IMG/VR virus record: IMGVR_UViG_3300021197_001722
Source of the DNA: an uncultured virus (IMG/VR IMGVR_UViG_3300021197_001722)
Taxonomy: Duplodnaviria; Heunggongvirae; Uroviricota; Caudoviricetes
DNA length: 20,000 nt
Reading direction: 5' to 3' (one strand)
Shown: positions 1 through 9,900 of the stretch, in pieces
Layout: each line of letters opens with the position of its first letter
How positions within the stretch are numbered: the stretch's first letter is position 1
Notes under the pieces: generated by a model
Told to the model about the DNA's origin: nothing
The model's input: the letters and a program-made list of their open reading frames with translations, nothing else
Database searches by the model: none
Made by a program: the position numbers and the translations under genes

Positions 1-3000
1 TAAACAAATATTGGGAATACTCACCACTTTCTTGTATTGTGGAAGAAAAGTGTGAAAGATAACTAGTATTTAAGAAATCGTAATCTTGTCTATCATCCGT
101 ACCATTTATTGTATATACATTATGCGCATAATGATTTTGGTCTGTAGTGTTTGCACCAAGGAATGTTGTTGACACGTACTCGCCACCAGAAGACATGTGT
201 GCAGACATGATTCTAGTCTGGGTGGTAAATATTTGATCTGCATGAAAATACGTAGGATATTTAGGATTATCGTATTGATGAATTCTTGTTTTTTCTTGCC
301 AACTACCTGCCCCATAGCCCGGAGATTTGTCATAAACCACAGCCCCGTCTCTTCTAGAGATTAAAAGGCTTTCACCATTTGCGGAAAGCGAAAGATTTTC
401 ACCAAGCAGTGTAGATGCGGTCCAGTCATCAAAAACACCAGAAGTTTGCTTTTGATTGTCACCAGATATCAATGGAGAATTTTTAAGTGTTGCATCTAGA
501 AAATAATTACCATCACTACCAAGAGTGTAAATATTAACTTCACCATTACTGGTATTTCCATGAATTGACCCAGACGCAGGAGTACCCAGAGCTAGAGTTG
601 ATCCGCTAGCATCTATAGATATAAAATTATTTACCTTTAACGCCCAGTCATCATTACTGACAAATGGAATTGAGCGATCATGCCCCTCTGGAAAAAATAT
701 AGAGTCTTGAATTTGCCAATTATTACCCACAAAAGAATAAATAGCAACAGAGTCTCTTATGTCTTGCTTTGTCTCATTAGATCCGGGAGAAACTGGTACA
801 AGTTTTTTAGCTAATCTATGGGCTACAATTTTAGAGCCGTCATAATTTATTTTAACATTTCTACCAAAACCTATCCTACCATCATTTCTAAATAAAGTAT
901 TACGGATTGTATTCCCGATTCTTTTCCATTTAGAGCTAAGATTACCTCTTTGGAAAACTTTAACAGATCCGGGAAATGCATTGTTTAAAAAGGTTTTTTT
1001 CTTGTTACCAATAACAATGTTCTCTCCGTCGTAATCTAAATCAATAGAATAACCCAGACCGTAGTCTGCCCTTCTACCAAAAATACCAACTGCCTCTGGA
1101 CCTACGATCTTAATACCATACGACAGTGATTTATCACCCCAAACCACAACGCTCTTATCTTCTCTGATAGCGATAAATCCAACCCTACCAGAGTGAATAG
1201 CAGTAACTTTATTTTCTGGATCTTCAAGCGAGGTATCTCCATCAGAGCTAGCAACATTAAACGTAACGTCACCACCAAATTCTTTTTTACCCCAAGCTTT
1301 AACTTTTCCCTCAGAGGTCAAAGCCGCATAAGCAAAAACAGAACTATAAATACTAGATATTGTTTCGCCATCAGCTAAGTAGAAGTTTGGAGATTCACCA
1401 CCAAAACCTTTTCTACCCCAAGTTAAAACGGTATTGTTAGTTTTTAAAGCTGCGAAAGAATAATAGTTACTAATGACACTTTTTATGTCTTTAAAATCAT
1501 TTTTAGATGCAAAACTAATATAGTCATTTTCTACGGCTTTTCCGCCAACATTAACAACAGTAATCCCAACAATAGTAGCAAACTTGCTATTTGCTCTAGT
1601 TTCAAAACTAGGAGTAGTTCCATCAAGATTTGTAACAACTAGCGAGCCAACATTATTTTGTACAATAATATAATCACCGTCACCATACTCGTTACTACTT
1701 TTAATTCTTATAGATTGACCGGCTGAATATGGAAACGTGGTTTCACTATCCGTCGCAGTTATTGTGTTACCAGCAAAAGACAATTGAAAAAATACTGAAA
1801 TGCCATCTTCTTCAATTCTATTAACATCTTTAAATGGTCTACCGCCATGCATTGAGTCACCCCAAGCGGTAATAAATCCGTCTTCTCTAAGCGCAACGGA
1901 AGCGTATGGATTAGATATTATATCTACATACTTCTTTTTATCTCTGGATGCTACCTCCTGACTAGCTAGTGATAACTCACTGGCAACGCTAGAATCAAAA
2001 GAAGAGAAAAATGAATCGGGTGCGTCTTCATTTCTAGTTGGTTGAGACGGGTCAATATTAAGCCCAGTCTTGCCAGCTTCATACCAAGGAAATAATGTAA
2101 TGTCGTTGCCGTCTTCTGCCTGCTGTTCAATATTACCCCAAGTAGATACAGAACCGTCATTGTTAATAGCAGCAAAGTAATTATGCCTACCGTATATTTT
2201 CTTTACATTATCTATAAGACCAAATCTATTGTAGTTAGAGTCTGCTCCGTATTCTTTTTGACCCCAAGCTACAACACTGTCATTTGTCTTTATGGCAGCA
2301 AAAGCCTTTTTTGTTGCACTTACGTCTGTTATATTTCTTAGATCGACATATCCTTTGTTTGGCGTTAAGGTTGTCAGAAGTTCCCCATTAGCATTATAAA
2401 TACCAGAAACACCACCGGTTATTCGTCCAATGTCTGAATATGGAAAGGCTCGTCCGTCACCCCCTAAAGCCACAAAAGAATTACTATTTGCAAATATCTT
2501 AGTAACATTTGTAAGATTACTGACATCACGATCAGACTCTTGTTTTACACCACCCCAAGTAAAAACAGTACCGTCCGATTTTAGGGCAGAAAAACCAAAC
2601 TCACAAGCACTTACATCTTGTACATTTTCTAAAATATTATTGAGTGTGGTTATCTTACCACCAATATCAGGATCGCCCCAAGTAACAAGCGTGTTATCTT
2701 CAACAAGCCCGCAAAATGCGTCAGACACTCTAGCGTTTTTAGAGTATCCATTATATAAGAATGGTACTTCGCCATCAACTAACGCATCTGAACCAAAAGT
2801 AAATCTCTCAGTGCTTGTGCAAAATAACTGACTGTAACCTTCTATTTTTTCCAGAGCTTCTTCGTAAAATTCATCGTAGCTGTACAAAGTCGTACCGATG
2901 ACAACAACTTCATCATCATTCCGTTCAACTATAAAGTTTTCAGGGCAGCGAAAATCATTTTGCGTATAGTTTCTATCGTATGACGACGGGTTTTCTACTT

Positions 3001-3970
3001 TTTTTGTTAGTGGATCATAACCAACTGGATCAGTTCTAACGTAGTTGCGATCTATTTCATTAAATGTCCAAATCTTTACTCTACCATTGTTTGGATAGAT
3101 ACTATCTTCTTCTTGGTTTGACACAGCAACAACTGTACCGTCTGCGTTTAAAGCCAAACCGCCAAAGAGAATACTAGTACCTTCAGTAGAAAAATCAATA
3201 AAACCAGTGGCTATCTTTGCACTAAGACTCCATTCGTCATCGTCATCCTTCTTGTAAATAGCGACATAAACCTGCGGGTTTGTAGGTTGATCTTCAAAGG
3301 TTTCATCTTCACCAATTCTCCAGTCTGGAAATCTACTTTTATATGCATCGCAGTCATCAAAATTTTCTGCATTTACACCAAACTCAGCGTTACCAAGCTC
3401 ATTGAAATAAGCAAATGCGTAAACCTTACCGTCCTTACTAAACCTAGCGTCTAGAAGTTTTGGGGTTCTACCGCCAACACCGACATCAAAATTTGCAATT
3501 TTATAAGCTAATTCAAAATCTTTTACGTTGTCTTGCTTAATTAAATCTGGCGATGCGATAAGAAGCTCGTCGCCAATCTGACCGTCTAAATAGTTTGGAT
3601 CAACACTTAGTCTGTATTCTATTTCGGCAGAGCCTCTATTTACAAGATAATCTAAAATCTCTTCATTAAGTTGTCCGGGTTCGTCTTCACATTTGTCATA
3701 GCTGTAGCCATAACTATTATATGGTGAGCATATCTGTATGTCAATAGGGTCTATGCAAACATCATAAATTGGACCCAACCCTTTAGCGCTATCAATAGAT
3801 AACAAAGGTAGGCACTTTTTATAAAATTCCTTAATCGGAGATCTTAGTTGATGTTTTGACTTAACCTTCGCATCACGCACGTTCATCTTTAGGGACGGAC
3901 GAGCGTTTATAATACCAACACCATTTGGTTGTGCGGTATCAGCCTTACATCCACAAGTAATTTCTATCAT
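1..3970 (-). CDS. Large (>1323 aa, 3' end outside window) putative tail-associated beta-propeller protein with FG-GAP-like blades and RCC1-like repeats
   Basis: ATG at 3970 directly after the TMP stop (MIEITCGCKADTAQPNG...). I read this frame by hand to position 2 and found no stop, which explains its absence from the ORF track. It contains RCC1-like repeats (FSALKSDGTVFTWG, FAAIKTNDSVVAWG, FAALKTNNTVLTWG) and FG-GAP-like blades (GLGYSIDLDYDGENIVIG...GSVKVFQ; FISIDASGSTLALGTP...GEVNIYT). Confidence 0.88.
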   Translation of the reverse strand, partial: MIEITCGCKADTAQPNGVGIINARPSLKMNVRDAKVKSKHQLRSPIKEFYKKCLPLLSIDSAKGLGPIYDVCIDPIDIQICSPYNSYGYSYDKCEDEPGQLNEEILDYLVNRGSAEIEYRLSVDPNYLDGQIGDELLIASPDLIKQDNVKDFELAYKIANFDVGVGGRTPKLLDARFSKDGKVYAFAYFNELGNAEFGVNAENFDDCDAYKSRFPDWRIGEDETFEDQPTNPQVYVAIYKKDDDDEWSLSAKIATGFIDFSTEGTSILFGGLALNADGTVVAVSNQEEDSIYPNNGRVKIWTFNEIDRNYVRTDPVGYDPLTKKVENPSSYDRNYTQNDFRCPENFIVERNDDEVVVIGTTLYSYDEFYEEALEKIEGYSQLFCTSTERFTFGSDALVDGEVPFLYNGYSKNARVSDAFCGLVEDNTLVTWGDPDIGGKITTLNNILENVQDVSACEFGFSALKSDGTVFTWGGVKQESDRDVSNLTNVTKIFANSNSFVALGGDGRAFPYSDIGRITGGVSGIYNANGELLTTLTPNKGYVDLRNITDVSATKKAFAAIKTNDSVVAWGQKEYGADSNYNRFGLIDNVKKIYGRHNYFAAINNDGSVSTWGNIEQQAEDGNDITLFPWYEAGKTGLNIDPSQPTRNEDAPDSFFSSFDSSVASELSLASQEVASRDKKKYVDIISNPYASVALREDGFITAWGDSMHGGRPFKDVNRIEEDGISVFFQLSFAGNTITATDSETTFPYSAGQSIRIKSSNEYGDGDYIIVQNNVGSLVVTNLDGTTPSFETRANSKFATIVGITVVNVGGKAVENDYISFASKNDFKDIKSVISNYYSFAALKTNNTVLTWGRKGFGGESPNFYLADGETISSIYSSVFAYAALTSEGKVKAWGKKEFGGDVTFNVASSDGDTSLEDPENKVTAIHSGRVGFIAIREDKSVVVWGDKSLSYGIKIVGPEAVGIFGRRADYGLGYSIDLDYDGENIVIGNKKKTFLNNAFPGSVKVFQRGNLSSKWKRIGNTIRNTLFRNDGRIGFGRNVKINYDGSKIVAHRLAKKLVPVSPGSNETKQDIRDSVAIYSFVGNNWQIQDSIFFPEGHDRSIPFVSNDDWALKVNNFISIDASGSTLALGTPASGSIHGNTSNGEVNIYTLGSDGNYFLDATLKNSPLISGDNQKQTSGVFDDWTASTLLGENLSLSANGESLLISRRDGAVVYDKSPGYGAGSWQEKTRIHQYDNPKYPTYFHADQIFTTQTRIMSAHMSSGGEYVSTTFLGANTTDQNHYAHNVYTINGTDDRQDYDFLNTSYLSHFSSTIQESGEYSQYLF
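1136..2720 (-). repeat. About nine RCC1/BLIP-II-like protein repeats (consensus F-A-A-L/I-x-x-D-G-x-V-x-T/A-W-G)
   Basis: Trp codons of the WG motif at plus-strand 2678, 2555, 2264, 2138, 1862, 1418, 1292 and 1139, plus one degenerate unit near 2450 (FVALGGDGRAFPY). Confidence 0.85.
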
Positions 3971-6900
3971 CTATACAGTTCTCTCTAGTTGTCCTAATTG
4001 ATTTAATTGAATTTCGGAAACAACCGCATTTAATACGACTTCTTTTGTAGCATCGGTAAGTTCCGAAAGCATAGGTCCAATAACGTTTACATCAACTCTA
4101 GTTGGGGATAGGTTTACACTTAATTTCATATTTGCTAATTGTTGTACGCTTTGTGAGAAAGTTCCAAACGCGCCGCCAAGCTGACTGATAGCTTGACTCA
4201 TACCATTAATAAAATCTCCCATTCCGGCAGTCACTTCGCCACCTTGGTTGTAATAACCAACAGATCCACCTTTTGACATAGCTGCTGGCGCTCCGTTTGG
4301 AGTAGTATCGCCACCGTTCATAGATCTTAATATTTGTAGATTGTTGCCACGTTGTACCGCAGAACGATTTACAACAAATTCTCCGGGCGTCAACATAGCT
4401 GGTACTGTGTCTGTTCCTTTGGGGACAAACATTCCGCGAGAAGCATAAATTGTTCCTCCCTTAGCTCTTCTAACCGACAAATTCCGAGTCTGTTCAAATT
4501 GGTTGTTTCCGTTAAACATACTTCCGCCTACGGACTGACCAATTTGCTCTCCGGGTTGCTGTCTGCCAAAATAAATACCCAAAGCCGAATCTGACTCCTG
4601 CCTGAAGCGATTTGGATCTGCCAATGCTGCGTCTGCCTCTGCTTGTGCTGCGTCACCAAGTCTTTTTTCCTCTGCTGCTTTTGCTGCTTTTTCTGCTTCT
4701 TCTCTTGCTTTTCTGTCTGCTTCTACCTTTGCTGCTGCTGCTTCTGTTTCTTTCTTTTTAGCGTTAAATTCTGCTTGTTGTTCAGCCGCTTTGTTTTGGG
4801 CTGTTTCTAAGGCTTGTTTTCCAAGTGTCTCTAAATTTTCAGCCGCAGTCAAGCTTGCTTCCGCCAATCTAACCCCCGCATCACCACTTTGAGCAATAAT
4901 TTGAGCATACTCAATAGCCTCTGCTTGAAGAGCTTGAATTTCTGATGAAGTTCCTGCTGCGGAATCCGCAAGACCAGAGCTAAGACCAAGGGCTTCTAGT
5001 TGAGGTTTAGCGGCACGTTTTTCTTCATCCGTTAAAGACCCAAAGCCTGCTGCAACAGCCTCTCCACCGAGTGCTTGCAGGGAGGCGGTGTCACCACTCC
5101 TAAACGCACTAGCTGCAATAGAGGCATTAATATTTTCAGCAAACTTAGCTACGTCTCCAGCTAAAAGAGCTTGAGCGGCATCTTGCTCTAATTTTAATCT
5201 TTGTTTTGCAGCAGCAATTTCTTGTTGATATATCTTAACTCGCTCTCTCGCGTAAGTTAAAATTTCTGCGTTTTGAGAATTTAATTTTTGCTGGTTTGCT
5301 TCTACTGCTGCTCTGTCTTGACCCCCAAGGGCAGCACCTCCAGTCGCTGATAATGAAGCTACATTGTTTTGTTGAGCAAGAGAATTAAAAGCTAGAGTGT
5401 TTGAAAGTGAACCTGCGTCTTGCGCGTTAATACCAGTAGCTCTTAACCTGCCAGCAGCAAGGTTTGCCTGATCGCCACCACTAAGTTGTTTTCCAGAAAA
5501 CTCAGCTATAAGTTTTGCAGCTTCTCTTTGTGCATTTGCACTACTCAATTGCGCAGCAACCAATTGTTGTTCTGCGACTATTCTTTTCTTGGTTAGATCC
5601 AGTAAAGAACTCTGAGCATTTACTATATTATCTATGAGAGGACCAAGTTCTTTAAATACTTCCCCGCCCTTTTCTTCAATAATTTTGAATAGTTCATCTA
5701 AATTACCATCACTAATTATTTTCTCAACAGTGTCCTTATCTAATTTAATATCTCCTAAAGCTTCTTGTATAATCTTTTTGGATTCTGGACCCATGTTTTC
5801 TGTCAAGGTGTCAGTAAGACCACTTATTAGTTCCTTCGGATTTGCATCATCAATTTCTCCAGTTATCAACTTGCTTCTAAATTCTTCTAATGCGGGACCA
5901 GCACCTTCAGAAGCTTCTCTTAAAGCAGTAATCGTTTTTCTAATTTTACTAAGTTGCTCTCCACCGCCAAAAGCTTTTAAGTCTTTTTCTACAGTGCTTA
6001 GTGCATCGTTAAAAGCTTTGTCGTCAACAGTAGCGCCAGTTGCAGCAGATTCTAAAACACTTTTAGCATTGTTGAGTGCGTTGTAAGTTCCGTTAGATAT
6101 ATCGGTTAAAGTATTTAAACCTGTATTTAAACCTTCAGTAGTTTTAAGTAGTGGTGTAAGACCAAAATTAAGAGCCTGAAAAGCCTCTCTACTTCTTTTT
6201 AAACCCTCGACATTATTTTGAAAAGCTCTAGCTACTCTTTCTGAAGCGCCTTTAACTTCATTAAGAGGAATACCCATTTTTATCAATTTTGCTTCAAACT
6301 CTGCTAGTGTCCCACCTCCGCGAGCAAACTCTCTTCCCAACTCATTTACTTTGGGGAATATCTCTTCAAAACTCTTTGCCAGTTTTTCTTGGGATGCTTG
6401 TTGTTGTTCTTCGTTTTTGGCTGTTATATTTATGTTTTTAGTATTAGCCGACTCCATCAATCCGAACGATACAAGGCTGCCTACGTCTCTAGCACTGGAA
6501 AAAGATCCAGTAGATCTAGTTCCTTCTCTTGCTCTTATTTCATCTCTCTCTGCGTTGCGAACTTCTAAGGCGCTTCTAAAACCACCACCGCCTGCCCCCG
6601 AAAGCGCTTGGGTCAAACTCATTGTTCCAGCCGCAACTTCCTTAAAAGCGTCGGAAGCTAATCTAGCATTTTCAGCTTTTTCTTTGTCTGCCTTTGACGC
6701 AATAGCCGCTGCTTTTGCAGATGCCATTAAATATTCAGTAGTAGTCCCTCTGAGGCCGGTAAAAATATCGGCCAAGGTTCCACCCGTACCCGCAACACTT
6801 AAAATAGCTTGCTCAACCCCAGTAAGTTCTTTTAGGACGGCGAACTCTTGAGCTTTTTGAACATTACCCTGTTTAATGGCTAAGTTATATTTTTCTTGAG

Positions 6901-9900
6901 CGGCAAATCCGGCGGCAAGTGCGCTACTAATTGAGGTAATGTAATTAATTGCTTGCCCAATACCCGGAAGGAATTTTAGAAATTTTGGACCAAATTTAGT
7001 TAATCCGCCCGCAAGTTTACCAAAACCTGTACCAATTCTTTGTTGAATTTTACCACTCGCTTTACCCAATAAACTACCTCGACCGCTTGCCGCGCGACCG
7101 CTTCTTGCTAACCTCTTTCCTCCGACTCGTATTTTCTGAGCGAATTTGTCTGAGGTTCCGCCTCTGATAAACTCAAGATTACCTTTTTCATTTTTCTGTA
7201 CATTTTTTTCAAAAAATTCTTTAGACTTTTCTATAGCCGCATTGAAGGCAACGAAGCGAGTAACTCCAGTCTGAAGGGCGTTAGCAAAATTAAAAGTATT
7301 TTTAGCTGCCTCTTCTCCAGATGTTATAAAAGGTGTGAGAGCGGCATTTATACCAAGAAGCTTAACGCCTAAAGCCCCAACATCGCCCAGAGTTTTTTTA
7401 GCTGCATCCTCCTGTTTCTTTGGTGTTTCTTTCGCTTTAGGATCTTTTTTCTTTCCAGCCGGGGCAGAAAGAAGTCCAGCCGGACCTTTTTTAAATCTAA
7501 CTGGAGATGATACAGCAGTATCACTCACCTGAGTAAAACCTGTAGACTGTTTACCAACTGTCATACCTCTATTTGCGTCTACAATACCTTTAAGAACATT
7601 TATAATAAGTTTCTTAAAGTTTTCCATCTCACCCTGTAAGTCGATCAAAGTGCCGGTTGCATTATCCATTTCCTCAACGAATTGTATTAAAACTTTTGCA
7701 CCCTCACCCGGACCCGGACCTTCACTTTTAGAAACGCTTCTATTTCCGGGGATTATAAGTTCCCCATCTAGCGGGCCATTTCCATAAAGATGCCTATTAG
7801 GAGTAACGGGACCACCGGCAGCAAAACCAACAACCCCTTGCTTATTCATTCTATTGAGATTATCAGCGCCTATACTTTGTGCGGCCTTTTTGTTGATTAC
7901 AAACTCGCCGGGAGTTAGCATGGCAGGAACTGTATCTGACCCAGAAATACCTCCACCAGAAGCAAGTTTTTTAACCGATAACCCCTCTTTTATTGCTTTT
8001 CCGTATGCGCTAGCTATATTTTCTCTACTATTATTAATTTTAAATTCACTTGGAAAAATAGAAGATCCAAATAAAGCATTAAACCCAGCAGGATCACCAG
8101 TCTTAAAATCGAAAAGAGGGTCTTTTTTAGTCTCTTTTATTTCCTGATTAGTAGCTCTTCTTACAAAAACTTCAAAAAATTGACCTCTAATGGAATTTAT
8201 AGCTGACTCAGATATTAGCTTATTTAGAGGGATATCTTGTCCAGAGCCTAAAGGTGGATTAAATTTACTAACAGCTTTAGTAAATAGCTTTGGAAGTTGT
8301 TGGTCAATATGTTTATCAAATATTGTTGAAGCACTTGGAAGAAGTCCAGCAGCAGAACCACCTGAAGCAGTTAATGTTGATCCTTCTTCAAAACCAGAAA
8401 TGAGTCTTTTCTGTTTTATTAATTGTCTTTTAACTTGACTTCTGTTTAAAGATGCTGCCGCTTTTTGAGAAGGAGCTAAACCGGCGGCGACCAAAGAGGA
8501 TTTTTGACCTGAAGTAACGGGTCCACTTCCATTTATAAAATTCTCTACAGCTTTAGCTTCAACAGCGCTTAATCCGCTACCCTTCCTGACAAACCTATTA
8601 ACATTACCACCAATGCTTGAGCTAAGTTCAGACTGAGCAAGACTGTCTAACATAGAGACAGGAATTTTTGTATCTGAAAAACTCCCTTTTATGGAGCTTG
8701 TGTCGTCAATAAAATTGTATCCAAACTTATCACTTATGTCAGCAACATTACCACCCTTCGCAAATTTATTACTATTCATAGCCTGTAGTGTGCCAGCGCC
8801 AATCTTACCCACACTACTTTTACGGATAACAAACTCACCCGGAGTAAGCATTGCCGGTACAGTATCCCTGTTACCCTGTCCCGGAACAACACCTCCCGAA
8901 GCAAAACCAATAGGACCACCTTGGTTTCTACCTAAAAATCCAGCGCCAACACCGCGAGCAATGTTTCCAATACTTGAGGCAATTTTTATACCAGCAAAAG
9001 CAGTTAAAAGAGGAAGTAGCGGTTTAAAAGCATCAGCTAGTTTTATTAATTGTGATGTTAAGGCTAGTGTAGATTTTACCAAAATTTGAAATGTACCTGT
9101 CTCGCTAATACCACGTATTAATGCGAAGAACTCTTCTCTAACTTTTGATATTTGAACTGCTAAAGCTTGTTGAGCTTTTACTGCATCTGAATCTAAAGAA
9201 CCACGACCCTCAAGGGCTGCCTGTCTAGCTTTTTCAGCAACCGTAAACTGCTGAATAAGTGGAATAACTTTACCAATCTGCCGAAAACCACCAAGCTCTT
9301 CAGCGACACGGACAAATGTAATATCACCCTCTTCTAATCCAGCAAAGGCTTGACTAAGCTGACGAACAGCTTCAAATGGACCAACAAACTTACCTTCTAG
9401 ATCAGTTAACTGAACACCGAACTGTTTAAGAAATTCAATAGTCTTTGGACGCTGAATACGGGTAAAGATAGTACGAAGACCGGTCGCAATACTTTCAGCA
9501 GATTCACGAGTCGTAGCACGAACAGATGTAAACAAACCAAGAAGTTCATCTAGCTCACCACCAGCAGATTTAAAAACACCACCAAATCTACGAACAGCAG
9601 AAATCAAGTCACCAGATTCAACAGCAAACTGCCCTGCAACCTTGTTGATAGAACCAAGCTGACCCTCTAAGGCTCCAACACCTTGCTTGAACTGAGCCAG
9701 AATAGCAACCGCACCCTCAGCAGTCTTGTTAATATCCTCAAATGTAGGAGCAAGAGTTGTTTTTGCAAGAGCAGAAAGAGCTACTTCTAAGTCATTAGCC
9801 TTAATACCAGCCTGTGCTAGAATTCTAGTAGTACTAACAAGTTCTTGACTAGCAACACCTAGGTTGGAGGACAAATTCGTTATAGTTTTTGTAAGACCAT

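Noticed and set aside
1..3970. Apparent 4-kb ORF-free region suggesting stop-codon recoding, an intron or a pseudogene
   Set aside because: The minus frame from ATG 3970 is open to the window edge in the standard code; the ORF track missed it only because its stop lies outside the window.
4620..4800. Low-complexity GCT/TTC-rich stretch resembling a tandem repeat
   Set aside because: It encodes an ordinary Ala/Glu/Lys coiled-coil segment of the TMP; there is no fixed DNA repeat unit.
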